Shown here piece after piece: positions 13,181-25,560 of a DNA stretch of 64,000 nucleotides. Origin of the DNA: Hypanus sabinus (lineage: Eukaryota); NCBI RefSeq assembly GCF_030144855.1, contig NC_082708.1, forward strand, positions 144,522,001 through 144,586,000, given 5' to 3'. The notes beneath the pieces are model-generated. The model worked only from the letters and a program-made list of their open reading frames with translations, had not been told where the DNA came from and did no database searches. The translations under genes and the position numbers were made by a program. The first letter of the stretch is position 1. Every line of letters starts with the position of its first letter.

Positions 13181-13869
13181 CTAAATATAAACAGGAAGGG
13201 AGGGATGATACCTTTAAAATGTTGTGCATTTGTATGGTTTATATTTCCTGTCTCAAGTCTCAGATTTAACACTGCTCAACTTACCCATTCAAATTTGTAG
13301 TATGTTCTGGCCTGTTCTTATCCTGAATTATTAGTCCTATTATCAGAAAATAGGTACCACACTCTGAAATTTAATTCCCACACCTAATGTCTTCAGCTTC
13401 CTCCTCTTCCCCCTCACCCCCACCACTTTGAACTCTCATCTAAATAGACAGTACAATGGGAACAAAATGTGTAACTTTTAGTATATTTAGCATCAGTACA
13501 TTTTGGATGTCATTCAGGGATTGAAGGAAAGCAGGATAGCTTAGCACTTTTGGATAACATGTTGGCTTGTTTCCCAGCAATGAGCTTCAATGAGGCTATG
13601 AATGGGTGCACTTTGGGGTGGTCTGAAGAAGAGTTAGAAAAGCTTTTGAAATTTCTGCAGACTCACAAGGAGGAATTAGTATTTTGGTGGCAGCCCCTGG
13701 GACTGAGAACATTCTAGTTCATTTTCAGAGGAAATTGCTTCATGATTGGGCAACTGATTTGCAGACCATCTTTTCTCCCCCACCCCGAACTTCCAGATGT
13801 TTGTCTCTCCAAATCTTCATCTCACTCACCCTCGTAACACTGCAAAAAGCCACAATCAGTGTGGTCAAA

Positions 13870-14345
13870 GGTCCAAAATAAGTTTGAGGTCAGCACCCCA
13901 TCTTCTGTTGGAATATGTTGCAGCCTTCATAACTCAATATTGAATTCAAGATACTCAGGAACTCACTTTGCTTACATTATACCTGCCAGAACTCTTGTCA
14001 TTTATTCATCTGTAATATTTTTTTTATCTTGATTGACACTGCTAGGCACTTAATCAATTTGACCAATGTGTCACAGCAGTTATGTATGCTTATGTTTTTG
14101 TCCATTTTTCCAACTTCCCTCAAGTAGAAGGCTTCAGCAACACTTTATTACCAATAGTAACCCTGGGTTGTCAGAGATACTCCTTTTGTTCTATCCCTCC
14201 CTCTGCATCTATTCCGTATCTCAGTTCTCTCCAGGGGTCTTTATCTGAAATATTAACCTAATTTCTCTTCTACAGATTCTGCCTGACGTGCTGAGTCTTT
14301 CTACCACTTCATGTTTTTAGTTCAAATTTCCCATATCTGTATATT
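13870..14345 (+). mobile_element. Old Penelope-like 3' fragment
   Basis: cagcacccc atcttctg...cagcct...ctcaatattgaattc and a terminal ctgcctgacgtgctgagt...ttcaaatttcccatatctg resemble the 3' end of the element at 11330. Confidence 0.5.
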
Positions 14346-15814
14346 TTTTTAAATAATTTTAATTTACCAATGTACATGCATGTAGTGGCAGTTGTGAGGA
14401 AAGCATTTGAGTTCCTCAGGCTTTTTATACAAGTACAAAATAAAGGAAGTTATGTTGAATTTACACAGAACAAACTTAAGGTAGAATATTATATCTGGTT
14501 CCAATTGTAACACTTAAGGAAAAATGTGGGAATTCCAAAGAATATATATGGCACATTTATTTGCACAGATCTACTGATGAGAGAATACAGCAACAAGGTT
14601 AGTCTGGAGGGATTGGGATTGATCTTGAAGCAAAGAGTCACAGCTGGTTTAGATTTAGTAAACAAAAGGAAGAGTTTTATTAGCAGATTGTAGTACAGAT
14701 TTAAAATTTGGGGCAAAAGAAAAAAAGCTTTTATGAATTCACTAACTGGAAGGGTGGTGGAAATAGTATATTCATTCTGCAGGGATTTTGAGAGTCAAAG
14801 AAGAATAAGTTACATGCCCCTACTAAACAAAATGCCAGTTTTGATAGGCTGAGTGGCCCCTTTGCTGTAATAATTTTGTGTTACAGAAAACTTGTGTTCC
14901 TATTTTACATTTGTAAAACGTGGGTGACAAGAATAAATTTCTAGGTCCAAGTCTTATTCTACTTTTTGACTAAGCACCATAGAATGTTTCTCGGAGGTTT
15001 ATCAATTCCAAGTGGCTATTTTGTTTAGATTCTATTGTAAACTGGGAACGAAGATGCAAACTTGCCTCAGAGAAACTGCAAATTTAGCGCCTTTGGTGCC
15101 AGGTTTTAGCTGCTTTAATCAGGAACATTCTGTAATTAAAGCAGCAACAGTGTTGCAGTTCAAATTTGTTCAGGCTGGTTTAAAATGTGAATAATGTTAA
15201 AAGAATTTAGCAGAATAGATAAGGGAAAAAAATCTTTTGATAGATTACAAGACTCCACTATGTATTATTTTAAAACTAGTTACATGAAAGACAGTCTGAT
15301 CGGGGCTGAACACGTACTGAAGTCGTAATATTTAAAGTTTTTTCAGCGGATACGGCATCAGTCTCAATTCTGCTTTTTCCACCCTTTCAGAGACAGAATT
15401 CAGCATAGAACTGATCATGATAAATGACAAAATTTGCAGTCTCAATCAGAGAGGTTGTCACGGTTTAGTGTGGAGAAAGGAAATGCTAACTTCCATGATG
15501 AGGTGTGTAATTAAATTCTATTTTGGGTTATTTGCATTCCTTTATTTCTGCAGTGGAATTGCAAGAGTTTTACTTCATGGGTAGCCATATCATTACACAA
15601 AGAAAGAACGTATTATGTGCTGACAGCCCTAAGTGCTTCACAGCCAATAAAATACTTTAAAATGATATTTGGTGCTGTAATGTGCACTGACTTGAGATTA
15701 GTTTGTGTACAAGACCTACTGTAACAAGTACAATAAATGAAGTTTTAACATTTTCTTTTATAAAGTTTATTTAACTTTCTAATTAATATTCTCAGATCGG
15801 GATTAAAAACTTAC

Positions 15815-15931
15815 CAACACCCATCCTGTCACCTCGTGCTTCTCTGGCCCACCTCGAGTCTGGATGGCAAGGTTGTCACGGTCACCAGGGAGTAACTCTG
15901 CCTTTTCCACACCAGTAGTTGTTTTCATTAC
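15815..15931 (-). CDS. IGFBP7: IGFBP7 exon 3
   Basis: atag|GTA...TTG|gtaagt, 117 nt. Translates VMKTTTGVEKAELLPGDRDNLAIQTRGGPEKHEVTGWVL, with the IGFBP7 signature ELLPGDRDNLAIQTRGGPEKHEVTGWV. Confidence 0.96.
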
Positions 15932-16399
15932 CTATCATTTGAAATGCAGCAGATTATCAGCTTGAGAATTATTAATTAATTTTTATCTTGATAATAAAAA
16001 CAATATTTTAGATACAAGTATACCATCTGGAGAATATTTTATGCTCTGTTGGAAGAATGCTCCTGTAAATATGGAATATTCTGAGGTTTTCTCTTGTGTT
16101 CTCTTGAATGCAATTCCAAAAAAGTTCAAAGCTAAGACTCTATTTGAATTACTAGAAGCTTTAACAATGAAATATTTAATTAGCAACAAATTTATTGTTT
16201 CCGTGCATTGAACTCAAGGGACCTTAATGCAAGTTTAAAATGGTCAGAAGGAAAATAATGAAACTCGGTAGGAACAATCTCTCTTCAACCCAGATAGATT
16301 TTATTACAGGATAGTGAAAAGAGGAATTTGCTAGTTAGAATGTAAACTTGCAGTGCTATTTTCTTAGATATTTGCAAATTTTCCAAACTTGACATCTGC

Positions 16400-19300
16400 T
16401 CTGTGGAAGACAGCAGCAATATGCCCAAATTTCAAGTGTTGAAGGCAGAAGTGAATGTAGTTGCTATTTCTAAGGCAAAGGTGCTTGGGAATTTGAAAGG
16501 TCTGAAGGTAGTTAAGTCACCTGGAATGGATGGACTACACCTAGGGTTCTGGAGAGATTGTGGAGGCAATAAATAACAATCTTTCAATATCACTAGATCT
16601 GGATTAGTTCCAGAGGACTAGAAAATTACCACTTTAAGAAAGGGGAGATGCAATAAACAGGAATTTACATATCATTTAGCCTGACTTCAGTGGTGGGCAA
16701 GATTAATTAGAGCCCATTATGAAGGATGAGGTCGTAGGGTACTTGGAGACAGATGATAAAATAGGCTGAAGTCAGCATGGTTTCCTGAATTGGAAATCTT
16801 GCCTGTCAAATCTTTTGGAATTCTTTGAAGAATCATATCTATTTAAAATCCTGTGTGCCCACTACCCTGGACCCCCATCAATTTGCCTAGGTTAACAGAG
16901 GATGCCATCTCCACGGCACTTCACTCTGCCCTGACCCACCTGGACAGTCCCAACTTTTATGTCAGAATGCTGTTCATTTACTTTAGTTCAGCATTCAATA
17001 CTGTGACCCCCTCCAAGCAAATCGCAAAACTTCACCAGCTTGGTATCAGCTCATCCCTCTGCAATTGGACCTTGGACTTTCTGTCTAACAGACCCGAATC
17101 TGTTAAGTTAGACAACCTCTCCTCCTCCACTCTCACCCTGAACACTGGCATGCCTCAAGGCTGTGTGCCAAGCCCTCTTCTGTAGTCCCTTTTCACCTAT
17201 GTCTGCGTACCTGTACATGGTTTTAATTCTATAATCAAGTTCACAGACAACACCGCGGTGGTTGGCCTGATCAAAGGGGATGACGAGATGGCCTACAGGG
17301 ATGAGGTACGGCACCTGGCTGCGTGGTGTGCCGACAACAACCTGGCCCTTAACACCCAGAAGATCACTGTGGACTTCAGGCATGCTAGGAGCCACACTCA
17401 CGTCCCCATCTACATCAATGGAGCTGTAGTGGAGCATGTATCAAGCTTCAAATCCCTTGGTGTCCACATTTCCGAGGATCTCACCTGGTCCCTGGACTCC
17501 TCCATCCTGATCAAAAAGGTACAACAGCACCTTTGTTTCCTGAGGAGCATCAGGAAAGCACATCTCTGTCCCAGGATACTGACGGACTTTTACCACTGTA
17601 CCATTGAGAGCATACTCACCAACTGCATCTCAGTGTGGTATGGCAATTGTCCCGTATCGGACCGCAAAACACTCCAGCATATGGTGAAAACAGTCCAGCG
17701 GATTATTGGCACCCAATTGCCCACCTTTGAGAACATCTACCAAGAACAATTTCTGGGCAAGGCGAAAAGCATTATCAAGGATGCGTCTCACCCTAACCAT
17801 GAACTTTTTACGCTCCTCCCATCCAGTAGGCGCTACATGAGCCTCCGCTCCCACACCAGCAGGCACAGGAAGAGTTTCTTCCCTGAGGCTGTGACCCTGC
17901 TGAACCTCACAACACAGCGCTAAGCAGTATTGCACCCATATTGTACTGTCTCAGTACTTTTATATTTGTGTGCTGTAGCACTTTTTATTCACAGTTATTT
18001 TGTAAATAACACTATTCTTTGCATTTCTGGTTAGATGCTAACTGCATTTCATTTGGCTTTGTATCTGTACTTGGCACAATGACAATAAAGTTGAGTCTAA
18101 TCTAATTTAAATAGGCAGGATAGATAAAGGAGAGTTAGAAGCTATTGTTTACTTGGGTTTTCAGAAGACTTTTGACAAGAAACCTCATACAAGGCTGTTA
18201 AACAATATAAGGACCTATGGTATTGCAGGAAAACTACTAGCATGGACAGAACATTGGCTGACTAGCAGGAGGCAAAGTAAAGGAATAAAGGGGACCCACT
18301 TTGGTTGGTTACAGATGACTACAGGTGTTCTGTAGGGGGCAGTGCTGGGTTCACTACTTTTCTCATCATTTTAATAACCTGGATGGTGGAATTGATAGCC
18401 ACTAAATTTGTAGATGATACAAAGATAGGCGGAGGGGTTGGTAGATTTGAGGAAGCAGGGAGCCTGCAGGATGATCTAGACAGATGAGGAGAATGGCCAA
18501 AGAAGTGACAGATGGAATACAGTGTAGGGAAGTGGAAGGTGACAGATCAGTCAGTGGGTGAGCATTTCAGAGAGAGTGACCACAACACCCTGACATTTAT
18601 CATAGCTTTGGGGAGGGATAGGAGCAGACAGTATAGGGAAATATTTAATTGAGGGATGGTGAATTTATACTATTAGGCAGAAACATAGGAGCATAAATTG
18701 GGAACAGAAATATAGAGATTGCTTAGGGAGCACTTTCATGGGGTTCTGGATAGGTTTGTCCCATTGAAGCAAGGAAAGGATGGTGGAATGACAGGAGATG
18801 TGGAACACATAGTCAAGGTGAAGAAAGAAGCTTACTTAAGGTTTCACATGCAAGGATCAGACGGGTTCTGGAGAGTTACCAGGTAGCCAGAAAGGAGCTG
18901 AAGAATGGACATAGGAGAGCCAGAAGGCAGCATGAAAAAGCTTTAGCAAGTAGGATTAAGGAAAACCCCCAAGGCATTCTACACATATGTGAAGAACAGG
19001 AGGATGACTAGAGAGGGTAGAACTGATCAGGGATAAATGAGGAAACTTGCCTGGTGTCAGAGGAGATAGTAGAGCTCCTTAGTGAGTACTTTGCTTCAGT
19101 GAGAAGGGCCTTGATAAATGTGATAACAGCATATACCAGGTTGATATGCTGAAACTTACCAATGTTGAGAAAGAGAATGTGCTGGAACTTTTGAAAAACA
19201 TTAGGCTAGGTAAGTCCCAGGGATTGGATCGGATAACCAAGGTTACTATGGGAAGTGAGGGAAGATATTGCTGTGATGATCTTTGTGCCCTCACTGGTCA

Positions 19301-20450
19301 CAGTAGTAAGACCAAATGATTAGAGGGTGGCAAGTGTTCTTCATTTGTTCAAGTAAGGCAGAGGGATAACTGGAAATTATAAACCAGCGAGTTTTACTTC
19401 AGTGGTGGGTAAATTATTGAAGAGGTTTCTTAGAGGCTGAATTGATGGGCATTCAGAGAAGCACAGTCTTGTTAGAGATGGTCAACATGGATTTGTGAGG
19501 GGCAGGTCATGCCTCATAAGCCTGATTGAATTCTTTGTGAAAATGGCAAAACAAATTGATGAAGGTAGAGCAGAGGATGTAGTGTATAAAGTGTTTGACG
19601 TTGTTCCCTATAGTAGGCTTATTTTAAGGTGTTTGGAGAAAGGTGATGTCAGAGATGAGTATTTTTCTTTTTAAACACAGAGAATGGTAGATATGTGGAA
19701 TGAGCTGCTGGGGGCGTGGTAGAGATAGATATATTAGGGACATTTAAGAGACTCTTGGATAGGTACATGAATGAAAGAAAATTGGAAGACAACGCAGGAA
19801 GGAAGCATTAATTTGATCTTGGAGTAGGTGGAAAGTCGGCATAACCTTGTGAGCTTTGTACTGTGCTGGACTGCTCTATGTTCTACGAGTTTTATAAGGC
19901 TCGGGTCATACCAGATTTTGAGTATTCAGAGCAGTTTTGGGCCCCATCTCTAAGAAAGGACGTGCTGGTGTTGGAAAGAATCCAGAGGAGGTTTACGAGA
20001 ATGGTTACAGAAATGAACGTGGTAACATATGAGGAGCGTTTCATGGCTCTGGGTCTGTACTCACTGGAGTTTAGAAGAATGGGGGTGGATCTCTTTGAAA
20101 CCTACCAAATATTGAAAGGCCAGGATAGAGTGGACATGGAGAGGTGGTTTCCAAAAGCGGGAGAGTCTCGGATTACAAGGATGTCCCTTTAGAACCAGAG
20201 ACTGGTCTTTAACCAGAGGGTGCTGAATCTGATGAATAACTACCTTGATGGCTGTGGAGGCCCAGTCATGGGGTATATCTAAAGTGGAGGTTGCTTGGGT
20301 CTTGATTAGTAAGGATGCCAAAGATTATGGGGAGAACGCAGGAGACCATGGTGGAGAGGGAGCATGCAGTAAGTCGGTCATGATCAAATGGCGGAGTAGA
20401 CTTGATGGACCAAATAGCCTAATTCTGCTCCTATGTCTTATGGTCTTAAA
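16400..20450 (+). mobile_element. Nested CR1 LINE cluster (outer CR1 split by Rex1 and a second CR1)
   Basis: CR1 RT motifs (SQHGF, GFQKTFDK, KFVDDTKIGG, LERIQRRFTRM) run in order across the insertions. CR1 tails near 19880 and 20445. Confidence 0.8.
16850..18107 (+). mobile_element. Rex1/Babar-type non-LTR retrotransposon, 5' truncated, inserted in a CR1
   Basis: [17 protein letters not shown]...[29 protein letters not shown] (decayed FADD) and IESILTNCISVWYGNC. Tail aataaagttgagtctaatctaat. Confidence 0.88.
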
Positions 20451-20979
20451 AACCTGTTGACCTGAGGAAGTGATTAGAATCTATTAGTTCTTTAAAAAAA
20501 AATTAGCTGATCAATACAAGTCATGTTTGTACACGAGATACTCATTATTTAACTTTAGTAAATGGATGGGAACAACAAGGAAAATGGTAAATGGAAAAAT
20601 TTATGGTAAAATAGACCATAGGGATCTATGCCTCAGCATTACTGGTAAACAGTATGGATGAAGAAATAAAGAATGGTGTATCCAAACACTAAGTTAAAGA
20701 AACACAGGAGATAGCAACAAAGTGAAGAATGAATGGACCAAAGAATGACCGATAAAATTCATCATGGTCTTGGATCTGTGTAAGACGTATTAGTAATCAA
20801 AAGAAACTGAGGATTGTGACAAAGCGATTCGGGAATCCATGTTGACAGGTTGGTAAAAGTGTTCTGATTAATAAGATTATTATGTCAAGGAATTTTTAAT
20901 ACAAAATTGAGATAGTGAGGTTTATTTGTTAAGCAACTTTCCAGACGATCTGGGAAATAATGTGTTCAGTTTTGGTCAC

Positions 20980-22620
20980 TAGAACATAGAACAGACAAGG
21001 CCCTTCAGCCCTCAATGTTGTGCCAACCTTTCAACCTACTTCAAGACCAATTTAACCTCCATCCCTTCTACGTAGCCCTCCATTTTTCTATCATCCATGT
21101 GTCTATCTAATTGTTTCTTAAATGTCCAAAATGTATTTGCCTCCACCACCACCACCACTGACAGGGCAGTCCAGCAACTACCTGTGTTTAAAAAAAAACA
21201 CTTAGCTCTGACATTACCCCAGGCCCCCTTGTATTGTTCATTTTCACCCTGGGAAAAAGTCTGGCTATCCACCCAATCTATGTCTCATGTCATCTTATAT
21301 ACCTCTATTAAATCGCCTCTCATCCTCCTTTGCACCAAATAGAAAAGCTCTAGCTCAATCAATCTATCCTATAAGACCATAAGACATAGGAGCAGAATTA
21401 GGCCATTTGGCCCATCTGTCTGCTCCAGCATTCATTTAGTGATTTATTAACCCTTTCAACCCCTTTCTCCTGCTTTCTCCCCATAGCCATTGACACCCTT
21501 ACTAATCACGAAGTTTAAATATACCCAATGACTTGATCTCCACAGACATCTGTAGCAATGAATTGCACAGGTTCACCACCCTCTGGCTAAATAATTGACT
21601 CATAAGACACGCTTTCCAATCTAAGCAGCATCCTGGCAAATCTTCTCGGCCTCCTCTTTACAGCTTTCACATCCTTTCTATAATGAGGCAACCAGAACTA
21701 AACACAATATTCCAAGTGCAGTTTAACCAGGGTTTTGTAGAGCTGCAACAATACCTTGCAGCTCTTGAATTCAATCTCCCGACTAATGAAGTCCAACACA
21801 CCATGGACCTTCTTGACATCCCTATCAACTTGTGTGGCAGTTTTCAGAAATCTATGGACGTGGACCCCAAGATCCCCCGTATCTCCACACAGCTAAGAAT
21901 ACTGCCATTAACTCTGCATTCAGTCTTCAAGTTCAAACTTCTAAAGGAATCACTTCACATTGTTCCAGGAATCTACTACACTCCATCTACTACCACCCTC
22001 TCCCATCTATCAGTAAGCTAATACTGAATCCACACAGTCTAGCTTCCGTGGATTCCATGCTTCCTAACTTCCTGAATGAGCCTACCATGGGGACCTTATC
22101 ATATGCCTAAAATCCATATAACCCACATCCCCTGCTCTACCTTCAGCAATGTGTTTGTTGCATCCTCAAAGAAGTCAATCAGGCTCATGAGGTATTACGT
22201 ATCCCTCACAAATCCATGCTGAGCATCCCTAACCAGACTGTGCTTCCCCAAATGCTTGTAAATCCTGTATGTAGAAATCCTCTCCAATGATTTGCTCACT
22301 GCTGGAGTAAGACTCACTAGTCTGTAATTTCTAGGGTTATCCCTACTCCCTTTCTTGAAAAAAGGAATAACATTTGTTATCCCCAATCATCTCCTACTGC
22401 TTCTGTGGCCAGTGAAAATTCAAAGATCATTGCCAAAGGGACAAATTCCTTTGCTTGCCTCTCATAGTAACCTGTGATATATCCCATCTGGCCACAGGGA
22501 CTTGTGTATCTGAATGCTTTTCAAAAGTTCCTGCACATTCTCTTTCTTAGCACCGGCATGTTCCAGCATATCAGCTTGTTTTATGCTGACCTTACAAGCA
22601 TCAAGGTCCCTTTCGCTGAA
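20980..22620 (-). mobile_element. CR1 LINE fragments (nested)
   Basis: Minus-strand NVIPFFKKGSRDNPRNYRLVSLT...QHGFVR. Reverse CR1 tails at 20980 and 21372. Confidence 0.8.
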
Positions 22621-22939
22621 TAGAGCTCAGGATAGGGATATTGACCTTCAAATACCAAGTAGTTTCAGCACAATGTTCCCAAGGATCCAAGTTAATTAAA
22701 AGGTTAGATTGCATAAACTTAGCTTACATTCCATTGAATTTAAAAAGTTGTTGCATGAAGGGGGCTAATCTGATCAACATTTTTTAAAAAATAAAAGGGA
22801 GTTGTCATGATTGCTATAGTATCTTATGAGAAGTAGTTCTGATAAAAGGTTTGGAGAAAGTTAGTACAAAAATTTGTTTCCTTTGTACATATGCTGAGCT
22901 TTGGTTTTGAAAAAAAAAACAGAAGGGCAGATTCTGATC

Positions 22940-23810
22940 TAAATGGCAGTAGTTTGGGAGAAGTGGAGGTACAATAAGATCTGGGTATCCGTGAGCACCA
23001 GTTGCTGAAAGCAAGAGTACAGTTACAGAATAGTCAAAGGCTTGTAGTATGTGTGGTAAACTATGTATACCTGTCTGGACACATCCCCCTGCTGACAGCT
23101 CCTGTGGCTCCTCCCACAGACCCTTGTATAAAGGCGATTGGGGCACTGCTCCTCCCTCAGTCTTCAACGTGGTCATGCTCCCTTTTCGCTGTTAATAAAA
23201 GCCTGTTGTTCACTTCCAGTCTCCTAGAGTTATTGATCGTGCATCAATATGTTAACCTTCACTGCAAGAGGACTTGAGTACAGGAGCAAAGATATTTTGC
23301 TGCAGCTGTAAAGAGTCTTTGTGAGAGTTTTATCTGCAGTTTTGGTTGTTATACCCAAGGTGAGATGTCTTTTCCATGGAAGAACTGCTGCAAGGGATTC
23401 CAGAATGATTCATTGGTGACAGAATGAATGAAGGATTGGTTAGGCTGGTTATTCACTGAGAGGGAATCTCACAGGCACCCCCAAAATTCTAAAGGACTAT
23501 ACAGACCAGGTACAGAGAATGGCTGGAGAGTCCATAAGCAGGACTCAGTCTCAGAAGATGGTGTATGCCATTTAGAACTGAAATCAAGAGAAAGTTATTC
23601 ACCCAAAGATAGGTGAAATTGTGTAATTCTCTACCCCAGAAGGCTATAGTGGTCCAGCCCTTAAATACGTTCAGGAAAGAAGAAAATGTATTTCTTAATG
23701 GGAAGAATCTGGAAACAAGGGATTGAAGTAGATGGCCCACTATTATTCTGTTGATTGAAGCAGGGTGAGTGGATGGATGGTCTATTCTTGCTCTGACTTC
23801 TCATCTTTAG
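22940..23810 (+). mobile_element. Old CR1 3' fragment interrupted by a solo LTR
   Basis: gatctgggtatcc...gaggacttgagtacaggagcaaagat...ctgcagttttgg... is typical of the CR1 ORF2 end. Confidence 0.6.
23052..23246 (+). mobile_element. Solo LTR (195 bp)
   Basis: TG...CA termini, TATAAA and AATAAA inside, flanks GTATG/ATATG; homologous to 49932-50180. Confidence 0.82.
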
Positions 23811-24580
23811 ATATAATCTTAAAATTAGACTCAGACTATTCACCATTTAATTTATCCTGGACTAACTTTTATCAATTTTTGTTATAAGGGAGTTCTAAAG
23901 GGGAAAGGAGCTAGATAAATTATAGCCATGCTATAAGTAAATGATGGAACAAGTTTAAGTGGCTGAAAAGCTTTTCCCTGTTTTCACTTGAGCAGAAAAC
24001 TACAATAGAACACTTTATTTCAAATTCTAAAATTTTCAGCAAGACCAGTATATGATGTCCATTTAGGAAGTTAGTGAAAATCTTCTATCAACTTAAAATG
24101 ATTTGTAAATATCTAGAATAATTTGCCTCAGAGAAATAAATTTGACACCATTTCTTATTTTAAGGAAAAATTAGACTAATATTTGAAGTAGGTGAAGCCA
24201 TAGGGAGAGCAAGAGAGTGGAATTAGTTTTGGATTAATTTAGCAAGGAGTCAGCACAGAAATAATAGGCTGAATAGTCTCACTCTCTGCAGTGCGCATTG
24301 ATAAAAACACCATAACTGTACTGAATTTGATGTCTTTACTGATATTCCATAGCTCTAAACTATGATTGTTAATCAAAGGGACTATTGAAGATCCTGTTTT
24401 ACTTCAATGTAAGTATTAACATATACAGATTCTAACTCAAAGTGATTGAGGTAAACATTAAATTATGAGATTCTCATAACATCGTCAAGCACAAAATGCA
24501 AATCAGAAAGACACAGAAACCCATTTTTAAAAATGTTGTAAACTTTATGATCTGAATAAAACTGTTGGATAGTTGCTAAC

Positions 24581-24690
24581 CTTGTTCCAGGTGAGTACAG
24601 GGGTAGGTACTCCAATAACTTCGCAGCTGAGGTAAACTTGTGATCCACTGACATTCCAAATCTCCTGAGGTGTTGTTACAATTACCGGAG
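24581..24690 (-). CDS. IGFBP7: IGFBP7 exon 2 (Ig domain start)
   Basis: atag|CT CCG...AAG|gttagc, 110 nt. Translates (A)PVIVTTPQEIWNVSGSQVYLSCEVIGVPTPVLTWNK, with N-glycosylation sequon NVS. Confidence 0.96.
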
Positions 24691-25149
24691 CTATCAAAGG
24701 GAAATAATTTCCATTTAATTTCCGTGTTGTTGTCATTTATTCAAAGGAGTAACATTGCTCTGGTAATGATATCTCAGCCATTATCAAAAACCAATGGGTC
24801 CACAATAGACCCAATCTCAGCAAAGACCAGTTTCAAAGCCTCAGCATTGTCCTGAGAGCTCTTTCAATATTTCTCATCGTAATGCTGCAACTCACCCATA
24901 CCAAACCTCTCAGGGGATCTTCAGACTAATGCAGAACTCCTGAACCGATATCAATTACCAGAACCAAGAACACCCTAACCTCAGCAATTAATTTGCAGTC
25001 TGTGCTCAATTTGCTTCTGTGCTCAACGAAGGCTGAACTCTGTTGCCATCAACTCCATTACTGAAGCATAAAATAGAATGGGTCTTACAGATAACATCCT
25101 AAAGATGCAAGTCCTCTACTATCCTGCCCTGCTGTACAATACTAACCTC

Positions 25150-25560
25150 CAACAAAAACGAATCACAAGCTAAAAATTGAGAATCACTTCCCATATCTTG
25201 GGAGCCATCTCTTTGCAGAGACAGACATTGCTAAGCAACATCATCATGTCTTTAATACAGCAGTATGGTCTTCGGTCATTTGAGGAGAAGGTTGTTTGAG
25301 AATCTAAGACTTAGTCTAACACAAAACTCAGTCTACTGCTCAGCTGTGAACTTTGCCTTTCAATATTTGCTGAGAGCTGGATTGCCCATTGCAAGCACAT
25401 TGAGACACAGGAAAGATAGCAAATGTGGTCTTCACAAAATCTTCCAATATCCACTCAAAGGATAACAACCAACATCAATGACCTCTCTCAGGATCAACCA
25501 TAACACTGAGATTCTGACTACCATCAGCTCCATTGGCAAGGCCACGTTGTTTGTATGCCT
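25150..25560 (+). mobile_element. RTE-clade LINE RT C-terminal fragment
   Basis: HFPYLGSHL and VFGHLRRRLFEN motifs. Confidence 0.6.

Noticed and set aside
17258-17923. 221-aa ORF (and 60042-60617) that could be mistaken for a host gene such as an ALKBH8-like protein
   Set aside because: It is the C-terminal part of a Rex1/Babar RT ORF, present in several decayed copies in the window.
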